50,142 bases of DNA. It comes from Candidatus Omnitrophota bacterium (GTDB taxonomy: Bacteria > Omnitrophota > Gorgyraeia > Tantalellales > Tantalellaceae). Positions 37,222-46,457 of the stretch are shown here, piece by piece. The notes beneath the pieces were generated by a model. That model ran no database searches, was not told the DNA's origin, and saw only the letters and a program-made list of their open reading frames with translations. Position 1 is the first letter of the stretch. Every line of letters begins with the position of its first letter. The DNA lies in NCBI GenBank assembly GCA_018813285.1, contig JAHJBY010000043.1, positions 1 through 50,142 of the forward strand, read 5' to 3'. Made by a program: the position numbers and the translations under genes.

Positions 37222-38247
37222 ATGATAAGACTAATACGATTGTTCTTTTTACTGTTATCCGCGTTTTGCGGGTATTATTTGGGCTCTATTTTTATTGATT
37301 TTTCTTCTCAAGGGGAATTATACGGGATGATAGGCGGTTTAATGTTTGGCGCGTTGTTTATTTTGACCGAGATAAGGTTAAGACAGGTATCCTTGCGGAA
37401 CCTTTCAGCCGGTGTCTTTGGACTCGCGTTCGGATTTTTCGTGGCCTGGATATTGATCAGGATATTAAGCCTGACACAGATGGATGAAAGTACCCTGGCC
37501 GTATTTCAGATAGTGTTTACGCTTGTCTTTTGCTACATGGGGATGGCCATCTCTATAAAAGGCAAGGATGAGTTTAACCTTATTATCCCGTATGTCAGGT
37601 TTGCCCGCCAAGAAGAGGATGACAAATTATATCTCGTCGATACGAGTGTGATAATAGACGGAAGGATCACGGGTGTATGTGAATCAGGCTTTGTCAGCGG
37701 AAAACTTCTGGTGCCGCGTTTTGTTTTGCATGAGCTTCAAACTATAGCGGATTCCAAGGATGACGCGAGGCGGATCCGGGGGCGCAGGGGGCTGGATATG
37801 TTGGAAAAGTTGCGTAAGATATCGGGAGTCGAAGTTATAGTTCATGATGAGGATCTTTCTCAAATAAAGGAAGTGGACGCAAAATTACTTCGTCTCGCCA
37901 AAATGCTGGGGTGCTGTGTTCTGACGAACGATTTTAACCTTAGCAAAGTCGCCAAGATCGAAGGTGTGACCATTCTTAACATCAATAATCTCGCTGCCGC
38001 CATGCGTGTAGTGGTATCTCCCGGAGAGGAGATGCATGTCTACATACGCAAAGAAGGCAAAGAGAAAAACCAGGGTGTGGCATTTTTGGATGACGGGACG
38101 ATGATAGTGGTAGACAACGCGCGAAAGCTTATCGGTAAAAGCGTAAAAGTGTCGGTTGCCAGCGTCTTGCAGACGTCCGCCGGACGGATGATCTTCGCGA
38201 ATCTTATAGAATTGCCTGATAATAACAGGGGAGCGAAAGTACAGTGA
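37222..38247 (+). CDS. PIN/TRAM domain membrane protein (YacL-like)
   Basis: Four N-terminal TMs, DTSVIIDGRI, RGRRGLD, TNDFNL.KVA, QGVAFLDDGTMIVV, QTSAGRMIFA. Confidence 0.92.
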   Translation: MIRLIRLFFLLLSAFCGYYLGSIFIDFSSQGELYGMIGGLMFGALFILTEIRLRQVSLRNLSAGVFGLAFGFFVAWILIRILSLTQMDESTLAVFQIVFTLVFCYMGMAISIKGKDEFNLIIPYVRFARQEEDDKLYLVDTSVIIDGRITGVCESGFVSGKLLVPRFVLHELQTIADSKDDARRIRGRRGLDMLEKLRKISGVEVIVHDEDLSQIKEVDAKLLRLAKMLGCCVLTNDFNLSKVAKIEGVTILNINNLAAAMRVVVSPGEEMHVYIRKEGKEKNQGVAFLDDGTMIVVDNARKLIGKSVKVSVASVLQTSAGRMIFANLIELPDNNRGAKVQ

Positions 38248-38723
38248 GAATGTACGTTGGGATCGGCTATGATATTCACCGGTTGTTTCCCGGCCGGCCG
38301 CTTAAGATCGGCGGCGTTGATATCCCTTTTATAAAAGGGTTAGAGGGGCATTCCGATGCTGATGTCCTGCTGCACGCGGTTTGCGACGCGATACTGGGTG
38401 CTATCGGAGACGCGGATATCGGTTCTATTTTTCCTGATACAGATCCTGAATTCAAGGATGTTTCAGGTAAAACACTTCTGGCGGATGCAGGAGCCAGGGC
38501 CGCGGCAAAAAACCTGAAAATTAGCAACATCGATTGCGTTATTATGGCCGAAGAACCGAAGATCGCCCTTTATAGGGACGAGATTAGACGGTCAATATCT
38601 GAGGTGCTCAATATTTCATCCGACGTTGTGAACGTCAAGGGCAAAACCAACGAAGGGTTAGGCGCGATCGGGTCGGGCACGGCCATAGCGGCGCAGGCAG
38701 TGGTGCTCGTTGTCGGGGAGTGA
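38244..38723 (+). CDS. ispF: 2-C-methyl-D-erythritol 2,4-cyclodiphosphate synthase
   Basis: GIGYDIH, GHSDADVLLHAVCDAILGA, DIG..FPDTD, KGKTNE. Confidence 0.95.
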   Translation: MRMYVGIGYDIHRLFPGRPLKIGGVDIPFIKGLEGHSDADVLLHAVCDAILGAIGDADIGSIFPDTDPEFKDVSGKTLLADAGARAAAKNLKISNIDCVIMAEEPKIALYRDEIRRSISEVLNISSDVVNVKGKTNEGLGAIGSGTAIAAQAVVLVVGE

Positions 38724-38735
38724 TAAGGAGGAAAA

Positions 38736-39455
38736 ATGTTGCTGAACATATCGGCAGTTATAGTCATTAGCTTATGTGTATATTATTTTTTGGTCAGATT
38801 GCTTTACAGAAAAGAAATTAAAGCTATTTTAGAAAGAGATCCCGCCGCGAAAAGCTACGTGGAGATCATTTTTACTTATGCCGGATTACACGCTCTTATT
38901 TTCCATAGCATAGCGCACTTGCTGTGGAAGGCGAAGGTTCCTTTTTTTCCGCGTTTTCTCTCTCAGTTATCCAGATTTACAACCGGCATTGAAATACACC
39001 AGGGCGCGGCGATCGGTGAAGGGTTTTTCATCGATCATGGTACCGGTGTGGTTATAGGAGAGACCGCGATAATCGGTGATAAAGTTACTCTTTTTCAAGG
39101 TGTGACCCTTGGCGGCACCGGAAAGGAAAAAGGCAAGCGGCATCCCACACTCGGTAATAATGTCGTTATTGGGGCCGGAGCCAAGATCCTTGGAGACATT
39201 AAGATCGGGAATAATGTGAATGTCGGGGCGAACGCTGTTGTTTTGCGGGACGTTCCGGATGATTCCACCGTTGTAGGCGTTCCCGGGCGCGTGGCAAGAA
39301 AGCTCGGCAGGCGCCTCCCCGGCGGAGTAAACCTGGACCATACTTCATTGCCGGATCCGCTTCAGCAGGCGTTGGAAAAATTACAGCACGAGATAGACCG
39401 TATCGAGTCGGAGATCAAAGACTATCACGAAAAGAAAAAAGAGGAAGGTCGTTAG
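38736..39455 (+). CDS. cysE: Serine O-acetyltransferase with an N-terminal hydrophobic extension
   Basis: [44 protein letters not shown]; strong RBS AAGGAGG. Confidence 0.93.
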   Translation: MLLNISAVIVISLCVYYFLVRLLYRKEIKAILERDPAAKSYVEIIFTYAGLHALIFHSIAHLLWKAKVPFFPRFLSQLSRFTTGIEIHQGAAIGEGFFIDHGTGVVIGETAIIGDKVTLFQGVTLGGTGKEKGKRHPTLGNNVVIGAGAKILGDIKIGNNVNVGANAVVLRDVPDDSTVVGVPGRVARKLGRRLPGGVNLDHTSLPDPLQQALEKLQHEIDRIESEIKDYHEKKKEEGR

Positions 39456-39464
39456 GATATCCAT

Positions 39465-40892
39465 ATGCTGAAAATATACAACACACTGACGAAAGAAAAG
39501 TCCGATTTTAAACCCATCGAAAAAGACAAAGTAAAGATGTATGTTTGCGGGCCTACTGTGTATGATTCGCCGCACATAGGCCATGCGCGAAGCGCTTATG
39601 TTTTTGAGACGGCGCGGAAATATTTTGAATACATTGGGTTTAAAGTGGTTCTCGTTAGAAATGTTACGGATGTAGATGACAAGATCATAAATAAAGCCGC
39701 GGGCGAACTTGAAAAAACTTCCGGCATCGATGCCGGCTATGCTCTGCGAGAAAAGTGCAGGGAAGTGGCAAAACGGTATCTTGATGAGTACCACAAGGCA
39801 ATGGATAGTTTGGATATACGGAGGCCGGACCATGAACCGAAAGCCACAGAAAACATAAATGAGATGATACGGTTCATCGAGGCTCTTTTGAAAAAGGATC
39901 ACGCGTATCGCGCGGGCGGGAATGTTTATTTTAGTGTTGAGAGTTTTGATAAATACGGGGAACTGTCGGGCCAGGACGCAAGGAACATGAGATCAGGCCC
40001 TCGCGCGGATGCTGATGGGGACAAACGTCACCAGCTGGATTTTGCTTTATGGAAAAAAGTTAAATCGGGTGAACCTTCATGGGGAAGCCCGTGGGGAGAG
40101 GGTCGTCCAGGGTGGCATATAGAGTGTTCGGTGATGAGCACGGTTATACTGGGCCACGAGTTTGATATACATGGCGGCGGTCTGGATCTCGTCTTTCCGC
40201 ATCATGAAAATGAGAAAGCCCAGGCCGAAGCTAAAACGGGAAGCGCTTTCGCGCACGTTTGGATGCATAACGGTTTTCTTACCGTTCGCGGCGCGAAGAT
40301 GTCGAAATCGCTGGGCAATTTTATTACCGTAGAAGACTATTTCAAAAAACATCCTGATCCGGATCTTTTAAAGATCATATTCCTTTCGAGCCACTACCGC
40401 AGTCCCGTTGACTATAGCGAAGATAAGGTTAAAGAGGCCGCTGCCGCGAAAGCGCGTATCACGCGATTTATTAAAAATGTGGAACTCGAGATCGAGCGCG
40501 ATCCGTCAAAGAACGTTCCTATTCCTGACCGGGACGCTTCGGTAAGTTCTTTCCGAAGGGCGATGAACGATGATTTCAATACGCCGGACGCGCTTTCGGC
40601 AATATTCGAAGCAGTTCAATCGGGAAACAATTTCTTAACGAACGGAAAAACCAAAGAGGCTTGTCGGGAAAGGAATTTTATTGTCAAATGTGCCGATATC
40701 CTCGGCCTTTCCCTCAAAGTCCAGGATGTCGATAAGCGTTCCGCGGGAGAAATAGAGTCTCTTGTTGCCGAACGCGAGATTGCGCGCGGGCGAAAGGCGT
40801 TTCAGGAGGCGGATGCGATAAGGGAAAGGCTGAAAGAAATGGGCGTAGAAATAGAGGATACTTCGGAAGGTACGATATGGCGCAAGAATTGA
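39465..40892 (+). CDS. cysS: Cysteine--tRNA ligase
   Basis: CGPTVY..HIGHAR, GRPGWHIECS, FPHHENE, KMSKS. Confidence 0.97.
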   Translation: MLKIYNTLTKEKSDFKPIEKDKVKMYVCGPTVYDSPHIGHARSAYVFETARKYFEYIGFKVVLVRNVTDVDDKIINKAAGELEKTSGIDAGYALREKCREVAKRYLDEYHKAMDSLDIRRPDHEPKATENINEMIRFIEALLKKDHAYRAGGNVYFSVESFDKYGELSGQDARNMRSGPRADADGDKRHQLDFALWKKVKSGEPSWGSPWGEGRPGWHIECSVMSTVILGHEFDIHGGGLDLVFPHHENEKAQAEAKTGSAFAHVWMHNGFLTVRGAKMSKSLGNFITVEDYFKKHPDPDLLKIIFLSSHYRSPVDYSEDKVKEAAAAKARITRFIKNVELEIERDPSKNVPIPDRDASVSSFRRAMNDDFNTPDALSAIFEAVQSGNNFLTNGKTKEACRERNFIVKCADILGLSLKVQDVDKRSAGEIESLVAEREIARGRKAFQEADAIRERLKEMGVEIEDTSEGTIWRKN

Positions 40893-41530
40893 CGAAAGGT
40901 TTGTTTATTACTTTCGAAGGCCCCGAAGGCAGCGGCAAGAGTACTCATTCTAAACGGTTGTATAGAGATCTTCTGAATGAGGGGTACGATATCACGCGCA
41001 CTTCCGAACCCGGGGGTACCGCGCTTGGGGAAGGGATAAGGGAGCTTCTTTTGAAGACGGATTCTGTCCGGCTTGACAATATGTCGGAACTATTCCTTTT
41101 CGAGGCGGACCGTGCCCAGCACGTGCGGGAGATGATAAAGCCTTCCCTTAAGGCGAATAGAATAGTGCTATGCGACAGATTCAATACCGCCACTTTTGCT
41201 TATCAGGGATATGGGCTGGGTATGCGTATGGATTTGATAGAGGAACTTGACGCATTGGCGACGGATGGGGTTCGGCCGGACTTGACCGTACTGTTGGATG
41301 TGGATGTCCCGACCGGTATGGCGCGAGCAAAAGCCCGCGGACCGGCGGATAGAATGGAAAGACGGGATATAAAGTTTCATGAAGATGTCAGGCGCGGGTA
41401 TCTCGCTCTCGCGGCTCTCGAGGCGGAAAAGATCCGGGTGGTGGCGGCCGGTGATGATATTGATCGAGTGTACGACAGCGTAAAGAAAGAAGTCTATGGT
41501 CTTATTGAACGATATAAAAGGACAGGATAA
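40877..41530 (+). CDS. tmk: Thymidylate kinase
   Basis: FITFEGPEGSGKST, EPGGT, DRAQH, CDRF, AYQGYG. Confidence 0.95.
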   Translation: MAQELTKGLFITFEGPEGSGKSTHSKRLYRDLLNEGYDITRTSEPGGTALGEGIRELLLKTDSVRLDNMSELFLFEADRAQHVREMIKPSLKANRIVLCDRFNTATFAYQGYGLGMRMDLIEELDALATDGVRPDLTVLLDVDVPTGMARAKARGPADRMERRDIKFHEDVRRGYLALAALEAEKIRVVAAGDDIDRVYDSVKKEVYGLIERYKRTG

Positions 41531-42521
41531 CGCTCTCCGGTACCTTCGCAATTCTCTTTCAGCGGGCAGAATAGCCAATGGATATTTGTTTGTCGGGCCT
41601 CTTGGCGTGGGAAAGGCGACCGCGGCAAAAGGTTTCCTGATGGAGCTTATGTGCGGCGTACCGGGAAAAGGGGCCTGCGGAGAATGCGCTGTGTGCAGGA
41701 GGGTGGACGCCCTGAATCATCCCGATATCATGTGGATAAAACCCGAGAAGGCAAAGCGTATCAGGATCGGGGAAATACGTAAAGCAAAAGACATGCTTAG
41801 CCTTAAACCGTATGAGTCATCGGTTAGTGCCTGCGTTATAGAAGACGCGCATCTCCTGACGCGGGAAGCGGCGAACGCGCTTCTTAAGGTGTTAGAGGAA
41901 CCGCCGGGCCGGGCGCTTGTGGTACTTATCTCTGGTAAGCGCGAATTACTGCTACCGACGGTTATTTCACGATGTATGGAAGTCAGGTTCCATTTGTTAT
42001 CTGCTGATGAGACAAGAAATATCCTGCTTGAGCGCTCCGATATCAACGCGGAAGACGCGCGGTTCCTGGCTAATTTTTCCGGAGGTTCTCCGGGAAGAGC
42101 CATCGCGATGGCTGCCGGAAATATTCAAGCGCGTAAAAAAGAGATCTCGAAGTTACTTGACGCGATAGCGGCCGAGGAAGACCCTTTCCTGATGGCCTGG
42201 GACAGGGAGGATAGAACAGGCATTCTGGAGGATCTGGAATTCCTGATTATGTTTTTGCGTGATGCCGCCGCGGCGCGCCCCCTTGTGGGTTCAGCGGATC
42301 CCGTTTTTTTTGACAAATATTCAACAGGTGAAATATATGACATTCTCGGACGGCTGATAGACCTTAAGAGGGCATTGGAGGGTAATGTCAATCCGAAGCT
42401 TGTTGCCCCGGTCTTGCCTGGGATCTTAGGAAGGGATCAAGGGTCATCCCTCGATAAAATCCCGAGCGCAGCCGAGGGGCTCGGGACAGGAGGGCCAAGG
42501 GTCAAGAGAGCTGAAAACTGA
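41496..42521 (+). CDS. holB: DNA polymerase III subunit delta'
   Basis: YLFVGP.GVGK, CG.C..C, HPD, AANALLKVLEEPP, LPTVISRC; the C-terminal tail is repeat-derived. Confidence 0.9.
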   Translation: MVLLNDIKGQDNALRYLRNSLSAGRIANGYLFVGPLGVGKATAAKGFLMELMCGVPGKGACGECAVCRRVDALNHPDIMWIKPEKAKRIRIGEIRKAKDMLSLKPYESSVSACVIEDAHLLTREAANALLKVLEEPPGRALVVLISGKRELLLPTVISRCMEVRFHLLSADETRNILLERSDINAEDARFLANFSGGSPGRAIAMAAGNIQARKKEISKLLDAIAAEEDPFLMAWDREDRTGILEDLEFLIMFLRDAAAARPLVGSADPVFFDKYSTGEIYDILGRLIDLKRALEGNVNPKLVAPVLPGILGRDQGSSLDKIPSAAEGLGTGGPRVKRAEN

Positions 42522-42543
42522 AGGCTGAAAAAGGAAGTAATAT

Positions 42544-43344
42544 ATGGATGAGATGATAAGGGTTAAGCTGAGGTCCGCGGGAGATATAAGATGTTTTTTA
42601 TCGAACGGGATGAAATTTTTACCGGGTGATGCCGTTATAGTGGAAGCGGACAGAGGGTTGGAGTACGGAGAAGTTGTTTCTGCCGGAGATGCCCCTCGCG
42701 ATTCGCGTTCTATTCGTAACCCGCTTCGAAAGATCATCAGAAAGGCCAACCCCTGGGATGAAAAGCAGATAGAGAAGAACAAAGAAAAGACCAAAGATCT
42801 CATGAACATATGTGTTCAGAAGATTCGGGAACATGATCTTCCGATGAAGTTGGTAGACGCGGAATATTCGTTCGATCGTTCGAAAATAATATTCTACTTT
42901 ACGTCTGACAGTCGTGTGGATTTCAGACGTTTAGTTAAAGATCTGGCCAGTATTTTCCGTGTGCGAATTGAGTTAAAACAGATAGGCGTAAGGGATGAGG
43001 CGCGCATGGTGGGCGGGTTCGGTCCGTGCGGCCGATCGCTTTGCTGCGCTATCTTTTTGAAGGATTTTAACCCTGTTACGATAAAAATGGCAAAGACACA
43101 GAACTTGCCGCTCAATCCTTCGAAAATATCGGGGCTATGCGGCCGCTTGATGTGTTGCCTCGGGTATGAACACGGATGTTACAGGGAGCTTTCGAAGGGG
43201 CTCCCCAAAATAGGTAAGGATATAAAAACAGAGCACGGCAAAGGAAAGGTCATAAAAGTGAACCCGATAAAGAGAACCGTGACCGTAGATTTCGGAGAAG
43301 GGGATATAAAAAACATACGATTAGATGAGAAGGAATCTAAATAA
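42544..43344 (+). CDS. ricT: PSP1 domain protein (YaaT/RicT family)
   Basis: RVDFR.LVKDLA, IELKQIGVRDEA, GPCGR.LCC, KISGLCGRLMCCL.YE. Confidence 0.9.
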   Translation: MDEMIRVKLRSAGDIRCFLSNGMKFLPGDAVIVEADRGLEYGEVVSAGDAPRDSRSIRNPLRKIIRKANPWDEKQIEKNKEKTKDLMNICVQKIREHDLPMKLVDAEYSFDRSKIIFYFTSDSRVDFRRLVKDLASIFRVRIELKQIGVRDEARMVGGFGPCGRSLCCAIFLKDFNPVTIKMAKTQNLPLNPSKISGLCGRLMCCLGYEHGCYRELSKGLPKIGKDIKTEHGKGKVIKVNPIKRTVTVDFGEGDIKNIRLDEKESK

Positions 43345-43360
43345 TGTTTGAAAGGCGATC

Positions 43361-44926
43361 ATGAAAAAATTTTATATCACCACCCCTATATACTATGTGA
43401 ATGCGAACCCGCATATCGGTCACGCGTATACGCAAATAGCGGTTGACGCCGTCGCGAGATATCATAAGATGTTGGGAGATGACGTTTTTTTTCTTACCGG
43501 CACGGATGAGCATGGTGAAAAGATAGAGGAAGCTTGCATTGCCGCGGGTTTTGGGAAAGGCAAGGAGAGGGAGTTCGTCGATTCGATAGTGGTTAATTTT
43601 AAAAAGGCATGGGATGTGTTGGACATCGCGTATGACCGGTTCATAAGGACCACAGACGATGAGCACAAGAAAGTCGTTCAGGAATTCATGGCGTGCCTCG
43701 CGGATAACGGGGACATTTACCTGGGACAGTACGACGGATGGTTTTGCGCTCCGTGTGAGACCTTTTGGACCGATACCCAGGCCGAAAACGGGGTCTGTCC
43801 CGATTGCGGGCGCGCTACCGGGAGGATAAAAGAGGAAAATTATTTTTTCAAAATGAATAAGTATCAAAAATGGCTTACTGACTACATTAATGATAACCCC
43901 GGTTTTATTATGCCGGAATATCGCAAGAATGAAGTTTTGGGGTTTCTCAGAGAAGACCTGACAGACCTGTGTATTTCACGGCCTCGAGATCGTATGTCCT
44001 GGGGCGTTCCGCTGCCGTTTGATGAGGATTATGTAGTGTATGTATGGTTTGACGCCCTGATAAACTACCTTACCGGATGTAATTATGCCGGCGGCGGGAA
44101 AGATTTTTCTGAGTGTTGGCCGGCGAATTTTCAAGTTATTGCTAAAGATATTTTGCGGCATCATGCCGTATATTGGCCGATCATGCTTAAAAGCGCGGGG
44201 CTCGCTATGCCGCAGGTCGTTTTCGCCCACGGATGGTGGAAAATGGGCGATGAGAAGATGTCAAAGTCAAAAGGGAATATCGTCGATCCGTTGGATCTGG
44301 TAAATAAATACGGGGTTGATCCTATCAGATATTTTCTATTGAGAGCTGTTAAATTCGGTCAGGATGGTGTCTATAGTGAAGACGCGCTGGTTACCATGTA
44401 CAATAATGACCTCGCGAATGATATGGGCAACTTATTAAACAGAACGCTCACTATGGTGGACAAATATTTTGACGGTATCGCCCCCACGGCTCCTGCGAGA
44501 GCGGCTGATAATGTCCTCGCGGCGCTTAGTGGAGCTATTGAGGAAAACGCGAAAAGCATACCCTCGGATGTTGACATGTATTTTAAAGATCTTCGCTTGA
44601 ACATGGTCCTTGAACGTGTGTGGCAGCTTGTTGGTATGGCAAACAAATATATAGAGAAGTCTGCTCCATGGAAATATTCAAAAGAAGGCAACTCTCCAGC
44701 CGTTAAGACCATAATAGCGGATCTGTTGGAAGTGCTTAGAATTGTCGCTATATTTGTTTTCCCTTTTATGCCGAGGACATCTATGGAAATGTGGAAACAG
44801 CTGGGGCTTTCGGACGATGTGAGCCGGGTGTCCTTAAAGAAGCTCAACACCTGGCGTGGTTTTCCGGCAGGTACAAGGATCGCTAAAGGTGAGCCGCTCT
44901 TTCCCAGGATAAGTAGTGCCCTCTAA
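43361..44926 (+). CDS. metG: Methionine--tRNA ligase (short form)
   Basis: FYITTPIYYVN..PHIGHAY, GTDEHG, YVWFDAL.NY, KMSKS, ends PLFPRI. Confidence 0.97.
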   Translation: MKKFYITTPIYYVNANPHIGHAYTQIAVDAVARYHKMLGDDVFFLTGTDEHGEKIEEACIAAGFGKGKEREFVDSIVVNFKKAWDVLDIAYDRFIRTTDDEHKKVVQEFMACLADNGDIYLGQYDGWFCAPCETFWTDTQAENGVCPDCGRATGRIKEENYFFKMNKYQKWLTDYINDNPGFIMPEYRKNEVLGFLREDLTDLCISRPRDRMSWGVPLPFDEDYVVYVWFDALINYLTGCNYAGGGKDFSECWPANFQVIAKDILRHHAVYWPIMLKSAGLAMPQVVFAHGWWKMGDEKMSKSKGNIVDPLDLVNKYGVDPIRYFLLRAVKFGQDGVYSEDALVTMYNNDLANDMGNLLNRTLTMVDKYFDGIAPTAPARAADNVLAALSGAIEENAKSIPSDVDMYFKDLRLNMVLERVWQLVGMANKYIEKSAPWKYSKEGNSPAVKTIIADLLEVLRIVAIFVFPFMPRTSMEMWKQLGLSDDVSRVSLKKLNTWRGFPAGTRIAKGEPLFPRISSAL

Positions 44927-44945
44927 AAACCAGAAACCAAAAACT

Positions 44946-46322
44946 ATGCGACTTACAGATACACATTGCCACCTTGAACTTGAAGATTACGCGAGTGACC
45001 TCGAAGAGGTTATAGATCGTGCGGTGCTTGGCGGGGTCGAAAGGATGATCTCACCCGGCATAGACCTCGCGAGTTCGCGCCGCGCGGTCGAAATAGCGCG
45101 CAAATATCCGTCTGTCTTTGCCGCGGTTGGTGTTCACCCGATAAGCGCCGATACTGCCTGCGAGAAAACCATTCCGCGTCTCAGAGATCTATGCGCGGCC
45201 GGAGGCAAAGTTGTGGCGGTAGGAGAGGTAGGGCTGGATTATTACCGAAGATACGCGAGTGAAAAAAACCAGAAGAAATTATTCAACGAATTCATCGAAT
45301 TCAGCATAGAGATGGATCTTCCGCTTATTCTGCATAACCGGGCGGCGTCGGAGGATTTTCACGATATGCTCAAAAGAACGGGACAGGGTGTTATTCGGGG
45401 TGTTGTCCATTGTTTTTCCGGAGATGAAAAGCTTTTAGAGGAAGTTCTCGCGATGGGTTTTTTTATTTCGTTCGCGGGAAATATCACGTTTAAGAAGGCG
45501 GGACCGCTTAGAGAACTTATCAGGCGTGTTCCGCTGGACAAGCTTCTTCTGGAAACAGATTCGCCGTATTTAGCGCCGGAACCGGCGAGAGGCAGGCGGA
45601 ATGAACCGGCCAATGTGCGGTATCTTTTAGATACATACGCGGAGATATACGAGCATACCCCCAGTGATATCGCGCGAATAACGACACACAATGCCGACGT
45701 GCTTTTTAAACTGGGATTGGGGGATACCGGCAAAATAGCTTACGAGATAAGGGATTCGGTGTATCTTAATATCACCAATCGTTGTACGAATGAATGCACT
45801 TTTTGTACACGGGAAGTCTCCAACTACGTAAAAGGCCATAATCTTAAGTCTGACCGGGAACCTGAAGCGGATGAGATCATTCTTGAGATGGGGGACATAT
45901 CCCGTTATCGCGAGATAGTATTTTGCGGTTTTGGTGAACCAACTATGCGTTTGGACACGGTTAAAAAAGTGGCTGATCACGTAAAACGCGAGGGTGGAAG
46001 GGTTCGGATCGTCACCAACGGCACGGGTGATATCATTAACGGCAGAAACATATCAGGAGAGCTTAAAGGCCTGGTTGATGTTGTTTCGGTAAGCCTAAAC
46101 GCGCCTGACGCGGAAACGTATGATCGTATCTGTCAACCTGCGTTTGGAAAGGATGCTTATCAGGGCATTTTAAAGTTTATCAAAGAATGCAGGGAGCAGG
46201 GTATAGAAGTTGAAGTTACGTGTTTAGATATTATCGGTGAGGAAGGCCTTGCCGCATGCCGTCGTATCGCGAACGATCTTGGGGCGTTTTTTCGTTTGCG
46301 TCATTTGAATGAAGTCGGGTAA
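44946..46322 (+). CDS. tatD: TatD DNase fused to a TatD-associated radical SAM domain
   Basis: DTHCHL, GEVGLDY, HCFSG, LLETDSPYLAP, then YLNITNRCTNECTFC (CxxxCxxC), VFCGFGEP, TNG, SVSLNA; no stop between the domains. Confidence 0.9.
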   Translation: MRLTDTHCHLELEDYASDLEEVIDRAVLGGVERMISPGIDLASSRRAVEIARKYPSVFAAVGVHPISADTACEKTIPRLRDLCAAGGKVVAVGEVGLDYYRRYASEKNQKKLFNEFIEFSIEMDLPLILHNRAASEDFHDMLKRTGQGVIRGVVHCFSGDEKLLEEVLAMGFFISFAGNITFKKAGPLRELIRRVPLDKLLLETDSPYLAPEPARGRRNEPANVRYLLDTYAEIYEHTPSDIARITTHNADVLFKLGLGDTGKIAYEIRDSVYLNITNRCTNECTFCTREVSNYVKGHNLKSDREPEADEIILEMGDISRYREIVFCGFGEPTMRLDTVKKVADHVKREGGRVRIVTNGTGDIINGRNISGELKGLVDVVSVSLNAPDAETYDRICQPAFGKDAYQGILKFIKECREQGIEVEVTCLDIIGEEGLAACRRIANDLGAFFRLRHLNEVG

Positions 46323-46323
46323 T

Positions 46324-46457
46324 TCAAGGGGCAAGAGGTAAATCGTGAATCGTGAATGGTGAATCGTAGGGGCGAAAAATATTTCGCCCTAAAAAGTGAA
46401 TAAATGATGGATGGAAGAGGCACAGAGGCACAGAGGGGCACGAGGCGAGAAGTGAAG
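46324..46457. repeat. Purine-rich 7/8-mer mosaic with the GTAG REP-like hairpin GTAGGGGCGAAAAATATTTCGCCCTA (46366-46391)
   Basis: AATCGTG and AGAGGCAC units; reverse complement of the modules in 1-323. Confidence 0.85.
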
